A DNA stretch of 64,000 nucleotides from an uncultured Alphaproteobacteria bacterium (GCA_902591485.1 CACJAV010000004.1:28502-92501), one strand, 5' to 3'; shown: positions 17,460 through 28,150, numbered from the stretch's first letter. Notes: a model not told the origin generated them from the sequence alone. Numbers and translations: made by a program.

Positions 17460-17924
17460 ATGCATTTGTTTGAAGAAAATATCAAGAGCTTAGGTTTAAA
17501 TATTCCAGATCTGCCCAAAGCTCTTGCAAATTACGTGCCTTATAAAATTATTGGCAAAAGTATGTATATCTCTGGCCAAGCTCCTGTTCAAAATGGTGAA
17601 ATAATGTACCAAGGAAAAGTTGGAACTGATGTAACAATTGAAGATGGTATTGCAGCAGCAAAGCTCTGCTGTATAAATATTATTGCAGCATTAAAAAAAG
17701 GGTTAGATGGAGATTGGGATAAGTTAGATAGTTTCGTAAAATTGACTGGCTATGTAAATTGCAAAGATGATTTCAAAGACCAACCTAAAATTATTAATGG
17801 TGCCTCAGATATGTTAGTTCAAATCTTTGGAGATCAGGGAAGGCACACCAGAGCTGCTGTTGGGTCTAATGCCTTACCATTAGGCATATCAGTTGAAATA
17901 GACGCAATTATACATTTAAAATAG
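17460..17924 (+). CDS. RidA/YjgF/L-PSP family protein
   Basis: 154 aa. The family fold signature ends ...RAAVGSNALPLGISVEIDAI. Confidence 0.8.
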   Translation: MHLFEENIKSLGLNIPDLPKALANYVPYKIIGKSMYISGQAPVQNGEIMYQGKVGTDVTIEDGIAAAKLCCINIIAALKKGLDGDWDKLDSFVKLTGYVNCKDDFKDQPKIINGASDMLVQIFGDQGRHTRAAVGSNALPLGISVEIDAIIHLK

Positions 17925-19070
17925 ATGACTTCACCAAAGAGTGAATTTTTTTTTATAGATAGTCTGAAAACAATTAAGAGAGACAATTGGAATAATTGTG
18001 TAAATAATGATCATCCATTCTTACAATATGAATTTTTACTAGCCTTAGAAGAAAGTAAAAGTGCTTGCACACAAACAGGATGGAAACCACACCATTATAT
18101 TGAATTAAATAATAAAAAAGAAATAATCGCAGCTTGTCCTCTTTACTTAAAAAATCATTCATATGGAGAATATATATTTGATCATGCTTGGGCAGATGCT
18201 TATCATAGGCATGGACTGAATTATTACCCTAAACTTCAATCGGCAATTCCTTTTACCCCAGTCACTGGAGAGAGAATTATTATTAGTAATAAAATTAAAA
18301 ATAAAAAAAATAAATTGCAGCAAGTTATTGAAAATATCATTGATGAGGCAAAAAAACTAAATGTATCGTCAACACATTTTAATTTTATAAAAAATCCAAA
18401 TGAATGGCGCAATGATGCAATCATGATTAGAGAAGGCATCCAATTCCACTGGGAAAATAAAAGTTTTAAAACATTTGAGGAATTTTTATCAACACTTTCT
18501 TCCAGAAAAAGAAAACAAATTAAGAAAGAAAGACAATGTTTAAAAAATTATAATTTAGAAGTAAAACTTTTAAAAGGGGAAGAGATTTTAGATGAACACA
18601 TAGATTTTTTTTATGAATGCTATTTAGATACAACTGGAAGAAAATGGGGTTCTACTTATTTAAAAAAAGAATTTTTCACTAATCTACTTCAGAATTTTAA
18701 AGAAAAAATACTGCTTATCATTGCTTTTCAAGATAATCAAAAAATCGCATCTGCACTGAATTTTTTGAGTCAAACACATTTGTATGGGCGTCTATGGGGA
18801 TCAAAGTTCGAAATCCCTTATTTACATTTTGAACTCTGTTATTATCAAGCAATTGATTACGCGATTAAGAATCAAATAAAATTTGTTGAAGCTGGAGCAC
18901 AAGGTGAACATAAATTGAGTAGAGGATATTTACCTCAAAAAACATGGAGTGCTCATTGGATAAAAGAAAAAGAATTCTCTAGTGCTATAAATAAATTTTT
19001 AGATCAAGAAACTAGGATGATTAATATTCATAAAGAAGATTTAGAAGCTTTGGCTCCTTATAAGAATTAG
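17925..19070 (+). CDS. FemAB-like / DUF482 (GNAT-fold) family protein
   Basis: 381 aa. HSYGEYIFDHAWADAY and PKLQSAIPFTPVTG motifs recall PF04339. Confidence 0.65.
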   Translation: MTSPKSEFFFIDSLKTIKRDNWNNCVNNDHPFLQYEFLLALEESKSACTQTGWKPHHYIELNNKKEIIAACPLYLKNHSYGEYIFDHAWADAYHRHGLNYYPKLQSAIPFTPVTGERIIISNKIKNKKNKLQQVIENIIDEAKKLNVSSTHFNFIKNPNEWRNDAIMIREGIQFHWENKSFKTFEEFLSTLSSRKRKQIKKERQCLKNYNLEVKLLKGEEILDEHIDFFYECYLDTTGRKWGSTYLKKEFFTNLLQNFKEKILLIIAFQDNQKIASALNFLSQTHLYGRLWGSKFEIPYLHFELCYYQAIDYAIKNQIKFVEAGAQGEHKLSRGYLPQKTWSAHWIKEKEFSSAINKFLDQETRMINIHKEDLEALAPYKN

Positions 19071-21340
19071 ACCAATTCTTTCTTTTTATCTTGGTTAGAA
19101 GAGTACTTAAAAGAAATTTCACCCTTATCTAAAGTTATAGCTACATGACCACCTTTAGATAAAGCTCCAAAGATCAATTCTTCCGCCATAGGTTTTTTTA
19201 CTTTTTCTTGTATGACTCTTCCTAACTCTCTTGCACCGTAAACTTCATCATAGCCAATATCAGCTAAATGCTCTTTTGCCTCCTTATCAATAGATAAAGA
19301 CACTCCTTTGTCTTCTAGTTGCGCTTCAACTTGAATTATAAATTTATCAACAATTGATAAAACAATTTCTCTATTTAAATGGTTGAAATGAATAATTGCA
19401 TCTATACGATTTCTAAATTCAGGTGAGAATATTTTATTAATTGCATCATTGTTATCATCTTTTGAGCGAGCAGAATTAAAACCAATGCTTTTCTTCGATA
19501 AATCTATGGCACCTGCATTAGACGTCATGATCAATATGACATTTCTAAAATCAACCGACTTGCCGTTATGATCAGTTAATTTTCCGTAGTCCATTACTTG
19601 AAGCAGAATATTAAATAAATCATAATGAGCTTTTTCAATTTCATCTAAAAGCAAGACACAATGTGGGTTCTGATCAACACCATCGGTAAGCAAACCACCT
19701 TGATCAAAGCCAACGTACCCTGGAGGAGCTCCAATTAAACGACTAACGGTGTGTCTCTCCATGTATTCAGACATGTCAAATCTTAAAAGTTTGATGCCAA
19801 GAGTATTACTTAATTGTCTCGCCACTTCTGTCTTCCCAACTCCAGTTGGCCCTGAGAATAAATAGGATCCAATAGGTTTTCCATCCTCTCTCAGACCTGC
19901 TCTTGCAAGTTTAATTGCTGATGATAACTCTTCTATCGCTCTGTCTTGACCAAAAACAAAATTTTTGAGATCTCTTTCAAGATTTTTTAAATTTTCTTTA
20001 TCATTTTTATTTACTGACTTTGGCGGAATTCTAGCCATAATAGCCACAACTGCCTCTATATCTTTAGAGGTTATCGTTTTTTTTCTTTTTGATTTAGGTA
20101 ACAAATATTGTGATGCACCGGCTTCATCCAAAACGTCAATTGCTTTATCTGGTAATTTGCGATCACCAATATATTTATTTGATAACTCTACTGCACTAAT
20201 AATTGCATCTGAAGAATACTTTATTTGATGATGTTCCTCATAGTAGTTTTTTAAGCCATTTAAAATTTTTATCGTTTCTTCTTTTGTTGGTTCTTTAATA
20301 TCAATTTTCTGAAATCTTCTTACAAGGGCTCTATCTTTTTCAAAATAGTTATTAAATTCTTTATATGTTGTAGAACCTATACATCTCAGTGAACCATTAC
20401 TTAAGGAAGGCTTTAGTAGGTTACTAGCATCCATAGATCCACCACTTGTTGCTCCTGCCCCGATCACAGTATGAATTTCATCAATAAATAAAATTGATTT
20501 TTTTTCTTTTTGTAAATCTTTTAAAACTTCTTTTAATCTTTCTTCGAAATCACCTCGATATCTAGTTCCTGCAAGTAAAGCACCCATATCCAAAGAGTAA
20601 ATTACAGCATCAAGTATCACATCAGGTACATTTTTTTCAACAATTCGCTTTGCTAAACCTTCAGCGATTGCTGTTTTACCAACACCAGGATCTCCAACAA
20701 ATATCGGATTATTTTTTTGTCTTCTACATAAAATTTGTATAGTCCTTTCAACCTCAAGTTTTCTTCCTATTAAAGGATCAATCTTTCCATCTTGAGATTT
20801 TTTATTTAAGTTTATGCAAAATTGATCAAGAGCTTTTTTCGATGATTTTTTTTGTTGCTGACCATCAATAGTCTCTTCAACAATTTCTTCCCCCTCTTCA
20901 TCTTCTTGTACTTTTGAAATTCCATGAGAAATATATTGAACTGCATCTAATCTTGTCATATTTTGCTGGTGTAAAAAATATACTGCATGACTTTCTTTTT
21001 CTGAAAATAGTGCCACTATCATATTTGCACCCGTCACACTCTCTCTTCCACTAGATTGCACATGAATAGCTGCTCGCTGAAGAACTCTTTGAAAACTGTT
21101 TGTTAGTTTTGGTTCTCCAGAAAAATTATCAGTTAAGTTAGACAAATCATTCTTAATAAAATCTTCTAAGTTATTTTTGAGCTCTTCAATTTCAACACCG
21201 CAAGCCTTTAAAACACTTAAAGCATCTTTATCATCTGTTAGAGATTTTAATAAATGTTCAAGTGTTACAAATTCATGCTTACTATTGGTTGCCAACTGAT
21301 AAGCATTTCTAAGTGTTTTTTCTAAGTTTGATGAAAGCAT
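19067..21340 (-). CDS. clpA: ATP-dependent Clp protease ATP-binding subunit ClpA
   Basis: 757 aa with two AAA+ modules (GDPGVGKTAIAEG, GPTGVGKTEVA). It sits directly after clpS. Confidence 0.95.
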   Translation of the reverse strand: MLSSNLEKTLRNAYQLATNSKHEFVTLEHLLKSLTDDKDALSVLKACGVEIEELKNNLEDFIKNDLSNLTDNFSGEPKLTNSFQRVLQRAAIHVQSSGRESVTGANMIVALFSEKESHAVYFLHQQNMTRLDAVQYISHGISKVQEDEEGEEIVEETIDGQQQKKSSKKALDQFCINLNKKSQDGKIDPLIGRKLEVERTIQILCRRQKNNPIFVGDPGVGKTAIAEGLAKRIVEKNVPDVILDAVIYSLDMGALLAGTRYRGDFEERLKEVLKDLQKEKKSILFIDEIHTVIGAGATSGGSMDASNLLKPSLSNGSLRCIGSTTYKEFNNYFEKDRALVRRFQKIDIKEPTKEETIKILNGLKNYYEEHHQIKYSSDAIISAVELSNKYIGDRKLPDKAIDVLDEAGASQYLLPKSKRKKTITSKDIEAVVAIMARIPPKSVNKNDKENLKNLERDLKNFVFGQDRAIEELSSAIKLARAGLREDGKPIGSYLFSGPTGVGKTEVARQLSNTLGIKLLRFDMSEYMERHTVSRLIGAPPGYVGFDQGGLLTDGVDQNPHCVLLLDEIEKAHYDLFNILLQVMDYGKLTDHNGKSVDFRNVILIMTSNAGAIDLSKKSIGFNSARSKDDNNDAINKIFSPEFRNRIDAIIHFNHLNREIVLSIVDKFIIQVEAQLEDKGVSLSIDKEAKEHLADIGYDEVYGARELGRVIQEKVKKPMAEELIFGALSKGGHVAITLDKGEISFKYSSNQDKKKELV

Positions 21341-21694
21341 TTAATTTTTTTCCATTGTACATTGTAGAGGATGTTCATGTTTTTTTGCCAAATCCATAAC
21401 TGACTTACATTTGCTCTCTGCTACTTCATATGTAAAAGTACCACAAACACCAATTCCATTTTTGTGAACATGCAACATGATTTGTGTCGCCTCTTCTTGT
21501 TTCTTGTTGAAGACACTCTCCAGTACCAAAACGACAAATTCCATTGGAGTATAGTCATCGTTAAGTAACAAGACATTATACATTGAAGGCTTCTTAACTT
21601 TAGGTTTAGCTTCTAAAAGAACACCTTTATCTAAATCATTGTTTAAATTGTTATTATCATCATCACTTAATTTCATAAATTTATAGATAAGCAC
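21341..21694 (-). CDS. clpS: Clp protease adaptor ClpS
   Basis: [17 protein letters not shown] and ...[11 protein letters not shown] motifs are present. The true start may be the ATG at 21676 (MKLSDDD). Confidence 0.9.
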   Translation of the reverse strand: MLIYKFMKLSDDDNNNLNNDLDKGVLLEAKPKVKKPSMYNVLLLNDDYTPMEFVVLVLESVFNKKQEEATQIMLHVHKNGIGVCGTFTYEVAESKCKSVMDLAKKHEHPLQCTMEKN

Positions 21695-21764
21695 TTTTAT
21701 AAGAAATTAAAGAGGTTTTTTTAGATTGTTAAGATCGAATTCTATATGTTAAGGAAGTTTATTC

Positions 21765-22859
21765 ATGAATTTTCATAGGTGTATTTTAATTCCTATTTTT
21801 GTATTTTTAATACTATCTAGCTCTGTAACATTCGCAAAAAAGGCAGCAATTGTAATAGATTTTGATACAAAAGAAGTTCTTTTTGAGGTCAATGCAAATA
21901 CAAAAAATTATCCAGCATCATTAACCAAGATTATGACTCTTTACATCTTGTTTGATCAAATTGAAAAAGGATTTCTTACTTATGACACTAAACTAAAAGT
22001 TTCAAAAATTGCATCTTCTCGATCTCCAAGTAAATTATACCTTGAGGCTGGCTCCTATATAAAAGTTGAAGACGCAATTATGGCTCTAATAATAAAATCT
22101 GCAAATGATGTAGCTACAGTTGTAGCGGAAAATATTTCTGGAACAGAAAAAGACTTTGCTAAACTCATGACCAGATATGCAAGAAACTTAGGTATGGCTA
22201 ACACGACTTTCAAAAATGCTTCAGGACTCCCAAATAGAGCTCAACTTACTACCGCGAGAGATATTTCTATTTTATCGCATGCACTTATTTCTAATTTTCC
22301 AGAGGAATATAAATTATTTAGTAAACAAAATTTTACCTACAACGGAAAGACTTACAAAACACATAATAAATTAATGCTTAGTTATGAGGGTGCCGATGGA
22401 ATTAAAACAGGATATATTAAAGCCTCTGGATTTCAATTAGCTTTTTCTGCAGTTAGAAATAACAAAAGATTAGTTGGTGTAATATTTGGTGGTGATACAG
22501 GAAAGCAACGTGATAGATCTCTAAAAATCATCATGGATAAAGAATTTGCTGAGTTAGGGATAAATAAAAAAGAAAAAAAATCAACAATCGTAAAAAAAGA
22601 AACAAAACAAACTAAAACTAACTCTTATTCGATAGTTGTAGGAACCTTTAAATATCGAAACAATGCGGAAAAACAGCTTAAGTTAATAAAAAGTAAGTAT
22701 CCAAAAACAACGATGGCGAAAAAAGCAAATATTGTTCTTATTAAAGTAAGTGGAAAACAATTGTATGAGTCAAGATTTGAGAATTTTACAAAAAAAGAAG
22801 CTTACTCAGCTTGTAAAAGATTAAAAAAATATAATAGAGATTGCTTTGTTAGATTGTAA
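21765..22859 (+). CDS. D-alanyl-D-alanine carboxypeptidase (S11, PBP5/6-like) fused to a C-terminal SPOR domain
   Basis: Signal peptide, ASLTKIMT (SxxK), SANDVA (SxN) and KTGY (KTG) motifs are present. The C-terminal ~75 aa (YSIVVGTFKYRNNAEKQL...) looks like a SPOR domain. Confidence 0.85.
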   Translation: MNFHRCILIPIFVFLILSSSVTFAKKAAIVIDFDTKEVLFEVNANTKNYPASLTKIMTLYILFDQIEKGFLTYDTKLKVSKIASSRSPSKLYLEAGSYIKVEDAIMALIIKSANDVATVVAENISGTEKDFAKLMTRYARNLGMANTTFKNASGLPNRAQLTTARDISILSHALISNFPEEYKLFSKQNFTYNGKTYKTHNKLMLSYEGADGIKTGYIKASGFQLAFSAVRNNKRLVGVIFGGDTGKQRDRSLKIIMDKEFAELGINKKEKKSTIVKKETKQTKTNSYSIVVGTFKYRNNAEKQLKLIKSKYPKTTMAKKANIVLIKVSGKQLYESRFENFTKKEAYSACKRLKKYNRDCFVRL

Positions 22860-24264
22860 ATTTATAATTGACTCCACTCAAAGATAATTGATCTTCAATA
22901 ATTTTTACTAGTTTTTGTAAGCCAGCTTTTGTAGTTGACTCTGCTCTACACGTAAGTTGATTTTGAGTATTACTTGCTCTCATTAAAAACCATCCATGTT
23001 CATTTTCAACTCTTACACCATCTATATCTATTATGATTTGGTCTGTTTTTTGTATTCTATCTTTCACCTCATCAATAATAGTAAATTTTTTTGATTCATC
23101 GACATCAAATCTAGTTTCAGGTGTAGAATAAGTATTAGGATAGGCACTTATCAACTCGCTTAATGAAATATTTTCATTCGATAAAATTCTAAGTAATCTT
23201 AAACCAACATACATGGCGTCATCATAACCATAAAAGTCATCCCCGTAGCAAACGTGGCCACTCATTTCTCCAGATAAAGGTGATTGTAATTCTTTCATTT
23301 TTTCTTTGATAGGAGAATGGCCTGTTCTCGACATCACTGGTTCGCATCCCATTTTTTTTGCTTCATCAAAAAAGACTTTACTACATTTTACATCCATAAT
23401 AATTTTAGGATTGTCATACATATTTGCAATTTCTCTACAAAGTATAAGCATATATTGATCTGCCCAAACTAAATTACCAAGATTATCAATTACACCTAGT
23501 CGATCTCCATCACCATCAAATGCTAGACCGATATCACAATTATTATTAATTACAGTTTCAATTAATTGTCTCATATTTTTTGGCACTGTTGGATCAGGAT
23601 GATGATTAGGAAATCTTCCATCAACTTCTTCATTAATTATAATATTTTCAGAATTACCTAATTTTTCTGTAATCTGTTTAATTACAGTTCCCATAGCTCC
23701 ATTTCCAGGATCCCATGCAATCTTAAGTCTATTTTTTAAATTAATGTTTAGAAGATTTCTATTTATATAATCTTCAGTAATATCTTTGTTAATAATTTCA
23801 CCTTCTTTGCATTCAAGGGCATTATCATTAATTAACTGTTGAAGACTTTGAATATCATCAGAAAAAAAAGAGTGCTTGTCAAAAACCATTTTAAATCCAT
23901 TATACTCTGATGGGTTATGTGACCCTGTAACCATCACAGCTGCATCTGCCTGTAAGTGATAATGAGCAAAATATGTCATCGGGGTTGGACCCATTCCAAT
24001 ATTTATTACCTTTGCACCAGAATCTTTTAGGCCACAACATAAGGCTTTATGCAATAGTGGAGATGTTAATCTTCCATCACGACCTGTAACTATTGTATTT
24101 GAACTTAGTTTTGATTTTACAGTATGCCCAAAAGTTCTTCCAATTGTATAAGCGGTATTTTCATTTATATTTTGCCCTACTATACCTCTAATATCGTATT
24201 CTCGGAGAACCTCTCTATCAAAATTTTCAATTAAATATTTATGTTCCTGTTCCAAAATAATCAA
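22849..24264 (-). CDS. Phosphomannomutase/phosphoglucomutase
   Basis: 471 aa. TGSHNPSEYNGFK (active-site Ser), FDGDGDR and GEMSGH motifs are present. Confidence 0.9.
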   Translation of the reverse strand: MIILEQEHKYLIENFDREVLREYDIRGIVGQNINENTAYTIGRTFGHTVKSKLSSNTIVTGRDGRLTSPLLHKALCCGLKDSGAKVINIGMGPTPMTYFAHYHLQADAAVMVTGSHNPSEYNGFKMVFDKHSFFSDDIQSLQQLINDNALECKEGEIINKDITEDYINRNLLNINLKNRLKIAWDPGNGAMGTVIKQITEKLGNSENIIINEEVDGRFPNHHPDPTVPKNMRQLIETVINNNCDIGLAFDGDGDRLGVIDNLGNLVWADQYMLILCREIANMYDNPKIIMDVKCSKVFFDEAKKMGCEPVMSRTGHSPIKEKMKELQSPLSGEMSGHVCYGDDFYGYDDAMYVGLRLLRILSNENISLSELISAYPNTYSTPETRFDVDESKKFTIIDEVKDRIQKTDQIIIDIDGVRVENEHGWFLMRASNTQNQLTCRAESTTKAGLQKLVKIIEDQLSLSGVNYKFTI

Positions 24265-25540
24265 ATCCTAATTGCTTTAGTTCTTTTGGGTTATATATAT
24301 TTCTTAAATCAAAAATACATAAATTGTTTTTGTTATTGATTATTTTTTTTAAATCAAGTGCGCGAAACTCATTCCATTCTGTTCCAATTATTATTACTTT
24401 TGACTCTTCACACGCAATATAAGCGTCATCACACAAAACTAAAAATGGATTTTCTTTTTTTGCATTGGACATCGCCTCAGGATCATAAGATTTAACTTTA
24501 ATACCTTTTTGATTTAAAATTTTTGCTATTTTAATAGAAGTAGAATCTCTAATATCATCAGTATTAGGCTTGAAGCTTAAACCCAATATTGAGGCAGTTT
24601 CACCTGTCCTTAGTTTAGCTTTAGACATAATTTTATCTGCTATTTTATCAACTCTTCCATCATTAAATTTATCTACAGCTGAAAGAATAGATAAATCTAC
24701 ATTATGATTGTTTGCTGTGTTAATAAAAGCCTTAACATCTTTAGGGAAGCATGAACCTCCATAGCCTGGTCCTGCATGCAAAAATTTAGATCCAATTCTT
24801 TTATCGATGCCCATACCCTTTGCAACATCTTGGATGTTAGCTCCAACTTTCTCACAAAGATCAGATACTTGATTTATAAAACTAATTTTTGTAGCTAAAA
24901 AACTATTTGATGCATATTTAATAATTTCTGATGATTCAATTGAAGTTGATATTATAGGCGTTTCGTTTAAATTGAGGGGCCTATATAATTCTCTCATTAT
25001 ATTCTCAGAATTTTGATTTTCGCAACCAATTACAACTCGGTCAGGTCGCATAAAATCATTTACAGCAGAACCTTCTCGTAAAAATTCCGGGTTTGATACT
25101 ACGTCAAAACTATTTTCGTTAATATTTTCTAAAATAATTTTTTTTACTTGCTTTGTTGTTCCTACAGGTACTGTTGATTTAGTAACTATGAGACAATATT
25201 TTTTAATGTTCTCACTGATTTCTTTGGCAACATCCCACACGAAACTTAAATCAGCTTCACCCTCTATTCTTTTTGAAGGAGTGCCAACAGTAATAAAAAT
25301 TATATCTGCGTTTTCAACAGATTGTGCAACAGAATTAGAAAAACTAAGAAGTTTAGTTTTATTTAGATGCTTGTTCAAAAGATCTTCAATGCCAGGCTCA
25401 TAAAAAGGGCATTTTGATTGATTCAATTCATCTATCCTATTTTGATCCTTATCGACACAAACAGTTTGATAACCAAATTCAGCAAAACACACTCCTGAAA
25501 TTAAACCAACATAACCAGTGCCTATAATTGTTAAATTCAT
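24239..25540 (-). CDS. ugd: UDP-glucose 6-dehydrogenase
   Basis: 433 aa. GTGYVGL, GGSCFPKD (catalytic Cys) and LGLSFKPNTDD motifs are present. Confidence 0.9.
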   Translation of the reverse strand: MNLTIIGTGYVGLISGVCFAEFGYQTVCVDKDQNRIDELNQSKCPFYEPGIEDLLNKHLNKTKLLSFSNSVAQSVENADIIFITVGTPSKRIEGEADLSFVWDVAKEISENIKKYCLIVTKSTVPVGTTKQVKKIILENINENSFDVVSNPEFLREGSAVNDFMRPDRVVIGCENQNSENIMRELYRPLNLNETPIISTSIESSEIIKYASNSFLATKISFINQVSDLCEKVGANIQDVAKGMGIDKRIGSKFLHAGPGYGGSCFPKDVKAFINTANNHNVDLSILSAVDKFNDGRVDKIADKIMSKAKLRTGETASILGLSFKPNTDDIRDSTSIKIAKILNQKGIKVKSYDPEAMSNAKKENPFLVLCDDAYIACEESKVIIIGTEWNEFRALDLKKIINNKNNLCIFDLRNIYNPKELKQLGFDYFGTGT

Positions 25541-25685
25541 ATACGTCTCTATAAACTCAGATCAATGATGTTAAAACATATTTAGTCAATTATTTTGAAG
25601 TCAATTAAAATAATGATTTTATCATTTAATTTAAGAAGCAATATCCTAAAATTTTAATTAAAATTTATAAAATATTAAACTTTAA

Positions 25686-26705
25686 TCACTTTTTAAGAGT
25701 TAATACAGATCCCCTTTCTATAATTTCAGGTTTTGCTAAATAATAAGAATTATTTTTAATTTTTGTCTCGCTAGTTAAAATTTCTATTGCTTTACTTCCT
25801 AATACTTTTCTATCATGAATGATTGCAGTTAACGACGGGCTAGTAATAAAATTAACAACATTTCCATCAAATGTAATTAAAGATATATCAATGCCAATCT
25901 TTTTATTTGCTTTATTACAAGCTTTAATAGCTCCAGCAGCTGAATATTCAGTTGAACAAATAATTGCAGTAATTTTTGAATTCTTTAGTATTTTTTTTTC
26001 AATTACTGAAGCAACTTGATCAGGATCTTCATATGCAACAGATATATAGTTTTCTTTTTTAAATTTAATTTTATTTTTTTTTAAAAACTTTAGGTAACCT
26101 TGTTTTCTTTGATATGCAAAGTTATACTTTTCATCAACATTAATGAATGCAATATTTCTATGATTTCTATCAAACAAGTATTGCATTATTAAATTAGTAC
26201 TGCTTTCGTTATCTAAATCTACCCAAGGATAATTTATTCTACCTTGTGTCCTGCCCCAACCAACAAATTTTATTTTATTTTTTTGTAAAAATTTAATTCT
26301 TGGATCATTTTTTTTTAAATTATGCAAAACTACTTTATTAACCTTTTCAACTTTAATTAAATTATCATATGCTTTTTGTTCCTCTTCAATAGTGTTTGCA
26401 AATTTCATTATAAACTGAATATTTTCTGAATTAATTTTATTAGACATTCCAGAAATAAATTCAAAAAATGAAGCTTGGTTTAATTTATTAGAATTTAAAC
26501 CATACAAAGGAATTACAAATCCAAGAGTGTTAGTTTTTCGAGAGGCTAAATTACTAGCATTAGGGTTAGGAGAATAATTGTATTTTTTTGCAAATTTGAT
26601 AATTTTTTTTCTGGTAGTTTCACTTACATCAGAATACCCACCCAATCCTCTTGAAACAGTAGTGATTGAAAGTTCTAATTTCTCTGCTAATTTCTTAATA
26701 TTCAT
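25686..26705 (-). CDS. LacI-family transcriptional regulator
   Basis: 339 aa with an N-terminal HTH (IKKLAEKLELSITTVSRGL) and a periplasmic-binding-protein-like core. It is divergent from the sugar ABC operon. Confidence 0.9.
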   Translation of the reverse strand: MNIKKLAEKLELSITTVSRGLGGYSDVSETTRKKIIKFAKKYNYSPNPNASNLASRKTNTLGFVIPLYGLNSNKLNQASFFEFISGMSNKINSENIQFIMKFANTIEEEQKAYDNLIKVEKVNKVVLHNLKKNDPRIKFLQKNKIKFVGWGRTQGRINYPWVDLDNESSTNLIMQYLFDRNHRNIAFINVDEKYNFAYQRKQGYLKFLKKNKIKFKKENYISVAYEDPDQVASVIEKKILKNSKITAIICSTEYSAAGAIKACNKANKKIGIDISLITFDGNVVNFITSPSLTAIIHDRKVLGSKAIEILTSETKIKNNSYYLAKPEIIERGSVLTLKK

Positions 26706-26760
26706 AAAATTATCAACATATACCTAACTTTTTTAAAAAAAAACACTATTTATATTTGAC

Positions 26761-26778
26761 TACCAAAACGTTTTGGTA
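26761..26778. promoter_or_regulatory. LacI-type operator O1, a perfect 18-bp palindrome
   Basis: TACCAAAACGTTTTGGTA has a central CG and an AAnCGnTT core as in LacI-family operators. It starts at the last base of a possible -35 (TTGACT, 26756-26761). Confidence 0.6.
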
Positions 26779-26784
26779 TTTAAT

Positions 26785-26802
26785 TTCCAAAACGTTTTGG
26801 AA
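26785..26802. promoter_or_regulatory. LacI-type operator O2, a perfect 18-bp palindrome
   Basis: TTCCAAAACGTTTTGGAA is centred 24 bp from O1 and lies 26 nt upstream of the binding-protein ATG. Confidence 0.6.
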
Positions 26803-26827
26803 AACAATATTAAATTGGGAGAAATTT

Positions 26828-28141
26828 ATGAAAAAATTTGTTAAATACTTTTTTATTTCGTTAATTTCTTTTGTATTATTCAATTCAACTGCATTCGCAG
26901 GTGGTCATAAATATTCAGGTCCTGATTTGAGTGGTCAGAAAGTTGTTATTTCTGGTCCTTGGCTAGCTCCTGAAGATGGATATATGAGAGAAATTGCTTC
27001 AATTTTTGAAAAAGCAACAGGTGCTGAAGTAGAATATGGAGGATCTGATAGTTTTGAGCAACAAATAGTGATTGATATAAAGGCAGGAAGTCCTGCAGAT
27101 ATCGCTATTTTCCCTCAACCAGGTTTAGCAGCTAACATGGCAGCAATAGGTGGCTTAACACCTTTAAGTGCTGATGTTAAACAAGCCGTTCTTGATAATT
27201 ACGCTGCTGGACAATCTTGGGTTGATCTTGCAACTTATGCTGATGAAAATGGTAACGATCAATTTTATGCTATTTTTTACAAAGTTAATGTAAAAAGTTT
27301 AGTTTGGTATTCACCAGACAACTTTGAAGACAATGGTTATGAGGTTCCTGGAACTATGGAAGAACTTATTGCCCTAACTGAACAAATGGCTAATGATGGG
27401 AATACACCTTGGTGTATTGGTCTTGGTTCTGGAGATGCTACTGGTTGGCCTGCTACAGACTGGATGGAAGATATCATGCTAAGAACACATGAACCTTCAG
27501 TGTATGACATGTGGGTTTCAAATGAAATGCCTTTCAATGACCCAAGAGTCTTAGAAGCGATGGATTTCTTTGGATCATTTGCTTTAAATGACAAGTATGT
27601 GAATGGTGGTTCTAAAGCAGTAGCAACTACTGATTTTAGAGATGCACCAAACGGTCTATTTACTTCACCTGCTGAATGCATGATGCATCGTCAGGCAAGC
27701 TTTATCCCTGCTTTCTTCCCTGAAGGAGTTGAAGCTGGTGTAGATTATGATTTCTTCTATTTCCCAGCTTATTCTACAAAGGATTTAGGTAAGCCAGTTC
27801 TTGGTGGTGGAACATTATTTGCAGCAACAAATGATAATGAAGCTACTATGGAATTCCTTAAATTTTTACTTCATCCTGAACCAAATGAGTGGTGGATGGC
27901 AAAAGGTGGTTTCTTAACTCCAAATAAAAATGCTGATTTAAGTAAGTATTCAAGTGACACTTTTAGAAAGTTAGGTGAAGTACTTACTAATGCAACAACA
28001 TTTAGATTTGATGGTTCAGATCTTATGCCGGGTGCGATAGGTGCTGGTAGTTTCTGGACTGGTATGGTTGACTATACCAATGGAAAATCTGCTAAAGATG
28101 TTGCTGATGCAATCCAAGCAAGCTGGGATGCTATAAAATAA
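26828..28141 (+). CDS. Carbohydrate ABC transporter substrate-binding protein (alpha-glucoside AglE-like)
   Basis: ATG at 26828 is preceded by GGGAGA. The signal peptide is MKKFVKYFFISLISFVLFNSTAFA. The ORF-track TTG start at 26756 would translate the operator sequences, so I reject it. Confidence 0.85.
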   Translation: MKKFVKYFFISLISFVLFNSTAFAGGHKYSGPDLSGQKVVISGPWLAPEDGYMREIASIFEKATGAEVEYGGSDSFEQQIVIDIKAGSPADIAIFPQPGLAANMAAIGGLTPLSADVKQAVLDNYAAGQSWVDLATYADENGNDQFYAIFYKVNVKSLVWYSPDNFEDNGYEVPGTMEELIALTEQMANDGNTPWCIGLGSGDATGWPATDWMEDIMLRTHEPSVYDMWVSNEMPFNDPRVLEAMDFFGSFALNDKYVNGGSKAVATTDFRDAPNGLFTSPAECMMHRQASFIPAFFPEGVEAGVDYDFFYFPAYSTKDLGKPVLGGGTLFAATNDNEATMEFLKFLLHPEPNEWWMAKGGFLTPNKNADLSKYSSDTFRKLGEVLTNATTFRFDGSDLMPGAIGAGSFWTGMVDYTNGKSAKDVADAIQASWDAIK

Positions 28142-28150
28142 TACCTCCAA

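Noticed and set aside
25595-25630. Direct repeat AGTCAATTA x2 and the AATGAT-ttt-ATCATT palindrome between lacI and ugd.
   Set aside because: These are short, A/T-only motifs of a kind expected by chance at this composition. No associated regulator or U-tract was seen.
26756-26827. N-terminal extension of the sugar-binding protein from TTG 26756 (MTTKTFWYLISKTFWKTILNWEKF...).
   Set aside because: It would translate the two palindromic operators, as shown by the repeated KTFW in the peptide. A proper GGGAGA-ATG start with a signal peptide exists at 26828. Similar TTG or GTG extensions were trimmed at 8626, 14421, 17435, 31690, 36563, 39936, 42570 and 50229.
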